NCBI GenBank assembly: GCA_902799465.1
Contig: CADCAS010000001.1
Span: 80,055 to 144,054, forward strand
Direction: 5' to 3'
From: an uncultured Eubacteriales bacterium
GTDB lineage: Bacteria; Bacillota; Clostridia; Christensenellales; Aristaeellaceae
Length of the DNA: 64,000 nucleotides
The position numbers and the translations under genes were made by a program. Under the pieces are notes generated by a model. It was not told the DNA's origin and made no database searches. It worked only from the letters and a program-made list of their open reading frames with translations. This document shows positions 26,139-34,001 of this stretch, piece by piece. How positions within the stretch are numbered: position 1 is the first letter of the stretch; each line of letters opens with the position of its first letter.

Positions 26139-27382
26139 AACAGAATTTCAAGGTGACCTACATCGACCCCAACAGACGGCAGCTCTACATCGGCGTGCAG
26201 CCGGAGGGCGGCTACTGCGGATATGCTCAGACCGGGAAGGAGACCCCGCGACGGCTGACCAACGGCTACATGAAGCGGGAAGGCTATGCCACTTATGAGG
26301 AGGCGGAGCGTGCCCTGGACCTGTACGTCTCCAATGCGCGCTACGAGCGCGCCGGCAACTGGGAGGTGCTGGTGAACGGGAAGTATGTGAGCTGGGACGA
26401 GCTGTCGAAGATCAGGATGGGTCACCTGCCTGCCCCGACCATGGCGCCTCCGGACGCGGTGGTGAGCCTGGCGAATATCGAGTACCGCATCGCCATCCAC
26501 ATCCAGGGTGCCTATGAGAACCTGCTGGAGGTCGGCCGGGCGCTCGTGGAGGCAAAGGACGCCGACCTGGTGCCGCACGGTCAATGGGAGACATGGCTGG
26601 AGAAGAACACCGGCATGAGCGACCGCAGCGCCCAGCGGCTGATGCAGGCCGCCAGGGCGACACCCGCGGGGTCCATGATGTCCAAGCTGCCGGTGACGAA
26701 GATCCAGGCCATACTGTCACTGCCTGAACCGGAACGGGAACCGATGGCGGAGAAGGCCGTGGCGGAGAACATGACCCTCCGGCAGCTGCAACAGGAGATC
26801 AGGGACCAGAAGGCGAAGGTCGAGGCGCTGGAGGGTATGAACAAGCGCATCAACAGCCGGGCGGAATCCAGCGAGCACAATGCCCGGCAAGCCCGGGTCA
26901 TGGCAGACAAGGCGATCAAGCGGGCGAATGAAGCGGAGCGCGAACGGGATGAGCTCCGGATGGCCATGGAGGAGATGGCCGGCGAGCTGGAAAAGCCCCC
27001 GACGCCCGCCGTCGGCATCAGCGAAGAAGCCCAGGCGGAGATCGACCGGCTGAACGCCGCCCTGGCCGATGCGGAGAAGATGGCCGAATACCAGGCCCGG
27101 CAGCGGGAGCAGGCCCAGCAGGAGCTGCTGGATCTCCGGACGCAGGCGGCGCGGGGCGAGGGGCAGGCGCAGGAGGATCTGACGGCGGAGGCCGTGGGCG
27201 TTGCGGCGCGGACCTTCATCACGTCGGTGGGCTATCTCCCCCACTCCGACCGGCTGCTGACCCTGCGGGAAGGCGACCGGGCGCAGATCGCGTCCTGCGC
27301 GGTGACGCTCCAGCGCTGGGCGGAGGATGTGCTGAGGATCGTCAACAGTGCCAGGGACGCGGTGGTCATTGAGGGGGTGTGA
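26135..27382 (+). CDS. DUF3102-like phage protein with a long coiled coil
   Basis: IAIHIQGAYENLLEVGRALVEAKD..HGQWETWLEKNTGMSDRSAQRLMQ resembles DUF3102; the C-terminal half is Glu/Arg/Ala-rich coiled coil. Confidence 0.65.
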   Translation: MKQNFKVTYIDPNRRQLYIGVQPEGGYCGYAQTGKETPRRLTNGYMKREGYATYEEAERALDLYVSNARYERAGNWEVLVNGKYVSWDELSKIRMGHLPAPTMAPPDAVVSLANIEYRIAIHIQGAYENLLEVGRALVEAKDADLVPHGQWETWLEKNTGMSDRSAQRLMQAARATPAGSMMSKLPVTKIQAILSLPEPEREPMAEKAVAENMTLRQLQQEIRDQKAKVEALEGMNKRINSRAESSEHNARQARVMADKAIKRANEAERERDELRMAMEEMAGELEKPPTPAVGISEEAQAEIDRLNAALADAEKMAEYQARQREQAQQELLDLRTQAARGEGQAQEDLTAEAVGVAARTFITSVGYLPHSDRLLTLREGDRAQIASCAVTLQRWAEDVLRIVNSARDAVVIEGV

Positions 27383-27385
27383 TTC

Positions 27386-27805
27386 ATGGGCGAGCTGGTG
27401 ACGATGAAGCAGAACGGCGCGCTGCCGATCCCCGCGGCAGTAGTCGAAGAGATGCAGCAGATGAGGGAAGCACTCCAGACCATGGCCGGTCTGCTGCGGG
27501 CAACCAACGAGACCATGATGCAGCTCCAGCGCCAGGTGCGGCTGTTGGAGAAGGTCACACCCTCCCAAGCCAGCGCCATGAACAGGGCCATCCGGGAACG
27601 GGCCACGGAGCTGTGCGCCATCTACATGGCGCCCGCCTGCGACAAGGCCGTTGCCACAGCCATCCGCAAGGCCGTGAAGCTGCGCTTCGGCGCGTCCACC
27701 GCGAAGGATCTGCCGCGGTGCGAGTATGAGGTGGCCATGGCACAGGTCCGGGGCTGGGATGATTACAAGGTTATGAAGGGCATTCGGGAGAAGTTACGAC
27801 CATGA
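27386..27805 (+). CDS. hypothetical phage protein (ORF6C-like)
   Basis: 139-aa ORF with coding GC3 bias and tight spacing in the operon. Confidence 0.6.
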   Translation: MGELVTMKQNGALPIPAAVVEEMQQMREALQTMAGLLRATNETMMQLQRQVRLLEKVTPSQASAMNRAIRERATELCAIYMAPACDKAVATAIRKAVKLRFGASTAKDLPRCEYEVAMAQVRGWDDYKVMKGIREKLRP

Positions 27806-27954
27806 TCTATGATGATACGTGTACTAAAATCTGTGACACCTGCCGCCACTACTTGGGCGGCGGGTGCTGCCGGATCAACCTGGAGGCCGAATGCGGCAAG
27901 GGCGAGTTTGAGGCATGGGAACCAAAAGAACTGGAGGAAGACCATGGACATTGA
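27802..27954 (+). CDS. small CxxC protein (50 aa; below the ORF-track cut-off)
   Basis: Hand translation MIYDDTCTKICDTCRHYLGGGCCRINLEAECGKGEFEAWEPKELEEDHGH; ATGA overlap with the preceding stop. Confidence 0.45.
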   Translation: MIYDDTCTKICDTCRHYLGGGCCRINLEAECGKGEFEAWEPKELEEDHGH

Positions 27955-28213
27955 CAAGGCAGCAGAAGCTCGGTCCCGCATGGTGTCCGGCTTCTATGAG
28001 TTCGTCGGCGGGCTGGTGGATCTTGTGACTCTGGCCTTCGCAGACCTGGCCAAGACGTTGGGTACTTTCGATTGGAGCGGGCTGGCAAAGCTGAAAGAGT
28101 CAGACCCGGATCTGTTCAGCTGGACAGCCAGTGGCCCGATCCGGCGCGTGCAGCTGCGGCGGGCGAGGGCTTTGATGGAGGAGAGAAAATGGCAGAATTA
28201 TACAAGACACTGA
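27944..28213 (+). CDS. hypothetical phage protein
   Basis: Internal ATG (MDIDKAAEARS...) of track ORF 27809..28213, preceded by GGAGGAAG. Confidence 0.5.
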   Translation: MDIDKAAEARSRMVSGFYEFVGGLVDLVTLAFADLAKTLGTFDWSGLAKLKESDPDLFSWTASGPIRRVQLRRARALMEERKWQNYTRH

Positions 28214-28398
28214 CGCCGGCATTCCGGCAGCAGATTCTTGACAGCCTGGATCAGCAGCTGCGGGAGCTGGACGCTTGCCAGGAAAACGCGCTGGTGGCCG
28301 TGCAGCGATTGGGGCTTTCCAGCTATAAGGCCCTTTTCAAGGCGCTGCCCGATGGCTATCCGGTTCCGATCACAAAGGGAGGACGCTATGACGGATAA
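28189..28398 (+). CDS. hypothetical phage protein
   Basis: MAELYKTLTPAFRQQ... behind a GGAGGAGAG RBS. Confidence 0.5.
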   Translation: MAELYKTLTPAFRQQILDSLDQQLRELDACQENALVAVQRLGLSSYKALFKALPDGYPVPITKGGRYDG

Positions 28399-28681
28399 AT
28401 ATAAGGGTTACCACGAAAGCGTCAACATAGAGCAGTTCGCCAACGCCGTGCAGCTGCTCGACGATGCCACCCGCTACGACAGTGAGATGCGGTTGAGCAA
28501 TATGGAGTTGGTAGCCCTGGCGCGGATCCTGGCCTATGAGGGCGTCCATGGAGATGGCGGGCACTTCGCCCACGCGGTGGATTTTCTGTGGATGGCCCAC
28601 AGGATCAGCACGGCGTCGAAGCTGATGCTGCTGGATCTTATGGGCAACGATCTGATGGACAAGATTAACAATGGAAAATAA
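28388..28681 (+). CDS. hypothetical phage protein
   Basis: MTDKYKGYHES... behind an AAGGGAGG RBS. Confidence 0.55.
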   Translation: MTDKYKGYHESVNIEQFANAVQLLDDATRYDSEMRLSNMELVALARILAYEGVHGDGGHFAHAVDFLWMAHRISTASKLMLLDLMGNDLMDKINNGK

Positions 28682-28898
28682 GATGGACCACGATTATGAG
28701 CTATTCGCCATCGTGCTGAACAGTAAGCCCGCCACCTGCGAGACCTGCCCGTTCTTCGGCCATTCGATCCGCAGCACATACCTGGGCTATTGCACCCCGC
28801 TGAACAAGCGGATGCGGCGCGATGATTTCACCATGGGAACCCTGGGCACCTGCCCGATAAGAGTGCACGAAGAGAAGGCGAAAGCATATGAGCCATGA
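28671..28898 (+). CDS. small CxxC protein
   Basis: 75 aa; TCETCPFFGH...YCTP...GTCP. Confidence 0.5.
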   Translation: MENKMDHDYELFAIVLNSKPATCETCPFFGHSIRSTYLGYCTPLNKRMRRDDFTMGTLGTCPIRVHEEKAKAYEP

Positions 28899-29061
28899 AG
28901 AGAGAAAAAGATATTTTAGGGTGGAGTGTATAGGAACTTTGCCTGATCGAACAAACGAGGGTTATACGATTAAGCAATACATAGTAATGATCAGGAAGCC
29001 GCTCAGACCGATCCGATACATGCAGCTTCGGAAAGTGATGGCAATGATGAAGGAGAGATGA
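28888..29061 (+). CDS. hypothetical small basic protein (57 aa; below the track cut-off), low-GC segment
   Basis: Hand translation MSHEERKRYFRVECIGTLPDRTNEGYTIKQYIVMIRKPL...; its stop overlaps the next start (ATGA). Confidence 0.35.
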   Translation: MSHEERKRYFRVECIGTLPDRTNEGYTIKQYIVMIRKPLRPIRYMQLRKVMAMMKER

Positions 29062-29249
29062 CCATGGACAAGAAAGATTTGAATGACAATGGTCGTGAAG
29101 ACGTGCTCAATGACATAGAGGCAGCTATTAATGGGCTGAAGAGTGTGGAACACTACGGGTTATTTGTTCAGCATGAGGATGAATGCAAGGAAGGCATTCA
29201 AATGGCCATTCGATTACTGAGAGGAATGAAGGAGGTATTGAAGGGATGA
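29058..29249 (+). CDS. hypothetical phage protein
   Basis: 63-aa ORF; ATGA coupling on both sides. Confidence 0.5.
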   Translation: MTMDKKDLNDNGREDVLNDIEAAINGLKSVEHYGLFVQHEDECKEGIQMAIRLLRGMKEVLKG

Positions 29250-29698
29250 ACAAGGTTATACTGATCGGCAACCTGGCGAACGACCCGGAGGCGTTCACCA
29301 CGCAGAGCGGGATCAGCCGCTCCACCTTCCGACTGGCGGTGCAGCGGCGGTATGCCAACGCCCAGGGCGTCCGGGAGGCGGACTTTCTGACCATCGTGGC
29401 CTGGCGAAATACCGCGGACTTCTGCAACCGCTACCTGACGAAGGGGCGGAAGATCGCCGTGGAGGGCAGCATCACGGTGCGCAGCTACGACGGGCAGGAC
29501 GGGCAGCGGCACTGGGTGACGGAGATCATCGCCGACAGCGTGGAGGCCGTCGGCGGCAGAAAGAGCGAGGATCCCAGCCCGGAGGAGCCGCCGGCACCGA
29601 AACCATCGGAGGACCGGCCGGAACAGCAGCGGATGGACATGTACAATAATGCTCCCGATGATTTCACGGAAGTGGACGACGACGAATTGCCTTTTTAG
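29246..29698 (+). CDS. ssb: single-stranded DNA-binding protein
   Basis: MNKVILIGNLANDPE... OB-fold N-terminus and acidic tail DDDELPF. Confidence 0.93.
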   Translation: MNKVILIGNLANDPEAFTTQSGISRSTFRLAVQRRYANAQGVREADFLTIVAWRNTADFCNRYLTKGRKIAVEGSITVRSYDGQDGQRHWVTEIIADSVEAVGGRKSEDPSPEEPPAPKPSEDRPEQQRMDMYNNAPDDFTEVDDDELPF

Positions 29699-29723
29699 TT
29701 GACAGATGACGGAGGGCGGCAGC

Positions 29724-30197
29724 ATGACACTGACAGCGATGGAGATCCTGGAGCGATGCAGGCGGGCGGAGGGCGAAAAGCGCCGTCTGAAGGAACGGGC
29801 CGATATGATCCGGGACACCGCCGGCCACATGACGGCGAGCCTGGACGGCATCGGCGCGCGGAGCACCGGCGCCGGCGACCGCATGGTGGGACTGATGGCC
29901 AGGCTCGAGGAGGCAGAGCAGGCCCTGAAGCAGCGGGACCAGGAATACACCGCGGAGGTCGCCGCCGCCTGCCAGCTGCTGGACCGGCTGCCGCCCCTGG
30001 AGTGCGGTATCATGACGCGCTATTATATCCGGGGTGAAACGCTCAGAGCCATCGCAACTGAGATGGGATACAGCTATGGGTATATCTGCAACAGCAAGAC
30101 GGCCGCATGCCGGCAGCTGAAGAAGCTGGGCGAGGGCGACATTATGCGCGTGCTGCCGCAATGGTACATAATCGAAGATGAAAAGCGTCAGCGCTGA
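29724..30197 (+). CDS. sigma-70 region-4-like phage transcriptional regulator (RinA/ArpU/DUF1492-type candidate late activator)
   Basis: C-terminal HTH LPPLECGIMTRYYIRGETLRAIATEMGYSYGYICNSK. GGAGGG RBS before the ATG at 29724. The stop codon lies inside palindrome copy 2. Confidence 0.6.
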   Translation: MTLTAMEILERCRRAEGEKRRLKERADMIRDTAGHMTASLDGIGARSTGAGDRMVGLMARLEEAEQALKQRDQEYTAEVAAACQLLDRLPPLECGIMTRYYIRGETLRAIATEMGYSYGYICNSKTAACRQLKKLGEGDIMRVLPQWYIIEDEKRQR

Positions 30198-30203
30198 CGC
30201 TTT
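30181..30203. repeat. 24-bp palindrome, copy 2 (23/24)
   Basis: AAAAGCGTCAGCGCTGACGCTTT(a). Confidence 0.9.
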
Positions 30204-30211
30204 AAGAAGGG

Positions 30212-30541
30212 ATGGTATCAATGGAGAAAAAGACCAATCTGACGGTTACGATCAAGGGAACCTGTGAGGATGAAAATGGCGAGATGCACATCGTAGATGC
30301 CAAGTATGAAAACTTGGATTTCGTATTCCTGAACGCATTCAAGTTTCTCCCCAACGATCAATGCAGTCATGAGGTCGCGACGATGGGTGGTTCTTCGGGT
30401 TACATGTGGTCAAAAATCATAAAGACTATCATCGAAACTGTGGATGAGGACGGAGATTTTTTCCTTGTGATACTGAAGAGGGCCTTAACGGAATTGACGA
30501 TGAAAAGCGTCAGCGCTGACGCTTTTGAAGAAAAAATGTGA
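30212..30541 (+). CDS. hypothetical protein (moron-like, lower GC), bracketed by palindrome copies 2 and 3
   Basis: 109-aa ORF with AT-richer codons than its neighbours; its 3' end reads through palindrome copy 3 (KSVSADAF). Confidence 0.5.
   Translation: MVSMEKKTNLTVTIKGTCEDENGEMHIVDAKYENLDFVFLNAFKFLPNDQCSHEVATMGGSSGYMWSKIIKTIIETVDEDGDFFLVILKRALTELTMKSVSADAFEEKM
30503..30526. repeat. 24-bp palindrome, copy 3
   Basis: AAAAGCGTCAGCGCTGACGCTTTT. Confidence 0.9.
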
Positions 30542-30609
30542 ACCTATGTGAGTAAGATGTGAATAAATGTGAATCGATGTGAACTTGATGTGAACCCCCC
30601 TCATGTGAT
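30536..30609 (+). repeat. array of seven direct ATGTGA(A) repeats with helical phasing
   Basis: Repeat starts at 30536, 30546, 30557, 30567, 30577, 30588 and 30603, giving spacings of 10, 11, 10, 10, 11 and 15. Confidence 0.85.
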
Positions 30610-30614
30610 ATATA
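30585..30614 (+). promoter_or_regulatory. candidate late promoter overlapping the repeat array
   Basis: TTGATG - 18 nt - TGaTATATA (extended -10). Confidence 0.4.
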
Positions 30615-30802
30615 TAAAATGACCGATGCGGGGAAAACAGATGGCGGGACGCTGGGGATTCCACGGCCGCCGGCTGCGACAGCTTTCTTCAAGGTTTACT
30701 TCCTCTCAATTTTGATTCGACCAACCATGCCCTATCCCCCGCACGGTCACCATCTTGCGTCAAGCGTGGCTCCGACACACGCCTGGCGCTTTATTATACC
30801 TC

Positions 30803-30826
30803 AAAAGCGTCAGCGATGACGCTTTT
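30803..30826. repeat. 24-bp palindrome, copy 4 (one central mismatch)
   Basis: AAAAGCGTCAGCGaTGACGCTTTT. Confidence 0.85.
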
Positions 30827-30847
30827 CATCATTTTGGGGGTGTTTGG

Positions 30848-31018
30848 ATGGTGCTTGATGTGACAAAGGTGCCGGACTGTGACAACTGCTTCCTGAAGGA
30901 ATCCTGCGCGGACGCGGTGCCGGGGCAGTTCTGCACGGCGTGGATCAGCCGGGAGCCGCCGAAGCGGGAGCCGGATCCGAATGAGGCGTGGAGGCGGGGC
31001 GAGGACGTGAGCTTCTGA
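30848..31018 (+). CDS. small CxxC protein
   Basis: MVLDVTKVPDCDNCFLKESCADAVPGQFC...; its stop overlaps the HNH start. Confidence 0.5.
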   Translation: MVLDVTKVPDCDNCFLKESCADAVPGQFCTAWISREPPKREPDPNEAWRRGEDVSF

Positions 31019-31332
31019 TGGACTACAAGGAAAGCCTTCCCTTCTACCACTCCGCGGCCTGGAAGCGGGTGCGGGCGCTGGCGATGCAGCGGGATCAGGG
31101 GATGTGCCAGGACTGCATGGACCGGCTGCGGGCGGGCTACGGCATCAAGCCGAACCGGGCGCAAATGGTTCATCACATCATCCCGCTGGAGGAGCGGCCG
31201 GACCTGGCACTGGACCTGAACAACCTTCGCAGCCTGTGCAATGAGTGCCATAATAGACAGCACCCTGAGAAGGGGCGGGACCGGCGGCAGGCGAAGGAAG
31301 TGCCCGCGGGGATGCGGGTCATCAAGGTATAA
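31018..31332 (+). CDS. HNH endonuclease (packaging-associated)
   Basis: CQDC...HHIIPLEE...NLRSLCNECHN; lies immediately upstream of terS/terL. Confidence 0.88.
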   Translation: MDYKESLPFYHSAAWKRVRALAMQRDQGMCQDCMDRLRAGYGIKPNRAQMVHHIIPLEERPDLALDLNNLRSLCNECHNRQHPEKGRDRRQAKEVPAGMRVIKV

Positions 31333-31346
31333 GGGAGGATTACATC

Positions 31347-31721
31347 ATGAACGAGGTTCTGAAGAACGCGCACTTTGAGCGGATCACCGACGAGAAGGCC
31401 CGGAGGGTCTATGAATACTTATGCGACGCCTGCGACAGGCGCGTGGGCGGCATCACCGACGCCGATCAGATGCTGGTGGCGGATTACGCCTACGCCGAAC
31501 AGGTGAAGGGCGTGCTGATGGACGACATCGCCAAGCGCGGCATCGGCCAGGAACGCAGCAACGGGCGGCAGAAATACTGGGCCGACAACAAGAGCCTGGC
31601 GCACCTGCGTTCCTACTGCGATCAGCAGCGCAAGCAGCTGGCGGAGCTTCGGCTGACGCCGAACGGGCGCAAGGCGGAAAGCGTGGATCTGGATGACGAC
31701 TTCGACAGGTTCCCCGATTGA
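31347..31721 (+). CDS. terS: terminase small subunit (P27-family-like)
   Basis: 124 aa between HNH and terL; YAYAEQV...LRLTPNGRK pattern. Confidence 0.8.
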   Translation: MNEVLKNAHFERITDEKARRVYEYLCDACDRRVGGITDADQMLVADYAYAEQVKGVLMDDIAKRGIGQERSNGRQKYWADNKSLAHLRSYCDQQRKQLAELRLTPNGRKAESVDLDDDFDRFPD

Positions 31722-33423
31722 AAGATGTCTAAGTTACGCCCGTAGGGCGGTCAACGGGGAAATCGTCGTATGTGAAAAGACCAGGATGGCCTGCCGCCGC
31801 TTCCTGGACGATCTGGAAAAGAGCAAGGATCCCGGATACCCGTGGGTGTTCGACGAGCATAAGGCCGCGCGGCCGGTGGACTTCATGGAGAAGTTCCTGG
31901 TGCCCACCAAGGGCGACTACGACCGCATGGTGCTGATGGACTGGCAGTGCTTCATCGAGTGCAACCTGTTCGGCTGGGTGGACAGACAGACGGGGCTCCG
32001 GCGGTTCAACGAGGCGCTGATCCTGGTGGGCACCGGCAACGGCAAGAGCACGATGATGGCCGGAAACGCCACCTTCATGGCCTGCAAGGACGGGGAGAAA
32101 GGCGCGGAGATCTACCTGCTGGCCAACTCCAAGGACCAGGCGGGCATCGTGTTCAATGAGTGCAAGGCGCAGATCGAGGCCAGCCGGTTCCTGGCGCCGC
32201 GGTTCCGGACGCTGCGGGACGGTGTCTACTACGACAAGGCCAACGCCACCATCCGGCACCGAAGCAGCGACTCCAAGCGATTGGACGGCCTGAACCCGCA
32301 CGGTGCGATCTTCGACGAGATCCACGAATACCGGGATTTCAAGCTGCTGAACATCATCAAGAAGAAGACCGTCAAGCGCACCCAGCCGCTGATCATGTAC
32401 ATCACCACCATGGGCAACGTGCTGGACGGGCCGCTGGCGTACTACTACGGCCAGTTCACCGACGCGCTGCTGGGACACCTGGACCCGCTGGTGGCGGACC
32501 GGATGTTCGCGTTCATCGCGGAGATGGACGCCACGGACGACATCGAGGACAGCAGCCTGTGGATCAAGGCGAATCCTTCCATCGGGCAGACGCTGGAGCT
32601 TTCACGGCTGGAGGAGCAGTGGAAGCGCGACAAGCTGATCCCCAGCGAGCGCGCCAACTTCATCTGCAAGCAGCTGAACATCATGGTGAACGCCGACGAC
32701 ATGGCCTTCGTGCAGCCGGAGGTCATCAAGCGGAACCGTGAGACCATCCCGGAGGAAAGTCTTTTGGGGCGGCGCTGCTACGGCGGCTTCGACCTTAGTA
32801 ACCGCGAGGACTTCACCGCTGCGGCGCTGGAGTTCCCGCTGGACGACGGGCGCATCTTCGTCAAGCTTCACTCCTGGGTGCCGCGGCGGAAGGTGGAGCT
32901 GGACCAGGAGAAGATCGACTACTACGGCCTGGCGATGAAGGGACATCTGACCATCGTGGAGGGCGAATACATCCGGCAGGAAGATGTGTTCGACTGGTTC
33001 GTCCAGCAGTCTAAGCTCTACGAGCTGGTGACCATCGGCTACGATCCGGCCAACGCCACGCGGCTTCGGCAGATGCTGGAGAACAAGGGCTTCGACTGCC
33101 AGGTGGTCAGGCAAGGGCCGATCACGCTGAACGACCCGATGAAGGACATCAAGGAGTTGCTGCTGGCCGGCAAGGTCGTCAGCAACGCCGACCCGATGCT
33201 GGCGTGGTACACGGACAACGTGCGCATCTCCGGCGAGCGCCGGCACGCCGACAAGGAGAACTGGATGCCCACCAAGCGCAACAAGTTCCGGAAGATCGAC
33301 GGCTTCATGGCCTGGCTGGACGCTCACTGCGTCCGCATGGACAAGCAGCCGGCGGGCATGGTGGTGACGCCGCCGCGAATCCGCGTGGTCGATCTGGGCA
33401 GCAGGAGGCACGCGCGCATATAA
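31693..33423 (+). CDS. terL: terminase large subunit
   Basis: Walker A LILVGTGNGKST, Walker B/coupling IFDEIHEY, and nuclease-domain C-terminus. Confidence 0.93.
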   Translation: MTTSTGSPIERCLSYARRAVNGEIVVCEKTRMACRRFLDDLEKSKDPGYPWVFDEHKAARPVDFMEKFLVPTKGDYDRMVLMDWQCFIECNLFGWVDRQTGLRRFNEALILVGTGNGKSTMMAGNATFMACKDGEKGAEIYLLANSKDQAGIVFNECKAQIEASRFLAPRFRTLRDGVYYDKANATIRHRSSDSKRLDGLNPHGAIFDEIHEYRDFKLLNIIKKKTVKRTQPLIMYITTMGNVLDGPLAYYYGQFTDALLGHLDPLVADRMFAFIAEMDATDDIEDSSLWIKANPSIGQTLELSRLEEQWKRDKLIPSERANFICKQLNIMVNADDMAFVQPEVIKRNRETIPEESLLGRRCYGGFDLSNREDFTAAALEFPLDDGRIFVKLHSWVPRRKVELDQEKIDYYGLAMKGHLTIVEGEYIRQEDVFDWFVQQSKLYELVTIGYDPANATRLRQMLENKGFDCQVVRQGPITLNDPMKDIKELLLAGKVVSNADPMLAWYTDNVRISGERRHADKENWMPTKRNKFRKIDGFMAWLDAHCVRMDKQPAGMVVTPPRIRVVDLGSRRHARI

Positions 33424-33453
33424 AAAAGACCCCGAAGGGTCTTTTTTGATCGG

Positions 33454-33666
33454 TCAAACCCATGACAGGTGGCGCTTCTGCTGCATGCAGTCCACCAGAT
33501 AGTAGTTGATCAGCGTCTGATAGGGAATGCCCGTGCTCTCTGCCTGGGTCTTGAAGTATTCCACGGTTTCGGCGTCGATGTTGATGGTTACCTGCTTCTT
33601 CTGTCGGGCAGCGTAGGGATTCTTGACGGCTTTGGAAAAATCGTACTCTTCACGCATACGGAACAC
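33454..33666 (-). CDS. brnA: BrnA-type antitoxin (CopG/RHH-like)
   Basis: EYDFSKAVKNPYA...TINIDAETVEYFK..GIPYQTLIN; lies downstream of brnT. Confidence 0.8.
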   Translation of the reverse strand: MFRMREEYDFSKAVKNPYAARQKKQVTINIDAETVEYFKTQAESTGIPYQTLINYYLVDCMQQKRHLSWV

Positions 33667-33669
33667 CTC

Positions 33670-33957
33670 CTAACCCTGGTCGTATTGCGCGGACTCGTGG
33701 GCGGTCGCCTTTCTGGCGGAAATGATGCGGATGACGCGGTCGCCGTCCCTCAGGCAGTGGCAGACGACCAGCATTCTGGCCCGGATGCTGAAGCCCAGGA
33801 TGATGAACCGCTCCTCCGTCTCGGAATGATCGGGATCGTCGATCACCAATGCCTCCGGGTCCTCAAACACCGTGCTGGCTTCCTCGAAGCTCACGCCGTG
33901 TTTTCTGATGTTAATCGATGCCTTGTCGGCATCCCACTCAAATCTCATGCCGTTCAT
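33670..33957 (-). CDS. brnT: BrnT-type toxin (DUF497)
   Basis: FEWDADKASINIRKHGVSFEEASTVFEDP...ERFIILG...IRIISARKAT. Start is at 33957 or 33948. Confidence 0.85.
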   Translation of the reverse strand: MNGMRFEWDADKASINIRKHGVSFEEASTVFEDPEALVIDDPDHSETEERFIILGFSIRARMLVVCHCLRDGDRVIRIISARKATAHESAQYDQG

Positions 33958-33981
33958 AATTATATTATAATTATGAACGGC
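33949..33981. promoter_or_regulatory. 33-bp perfect palindrome over the brnT start and promoter (candidate TA operator)
   Basis: GCCGTTCATAATTATA-T-TATAATTATGAACGGC; it contains TATAAT in both orientations. Confidence 0.6.
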
Positions 33982-34001
33982 TGAAAAGTCAAGCGGAGGG
34001 A

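Noticed and set aside
28900-29060. The low-GC patch as a possible small RNA
   Set aside because: A 57-aa ORF with ATGA coupling to the next gene explains it at least as well. It is kept as a low-confidence CDS instead.
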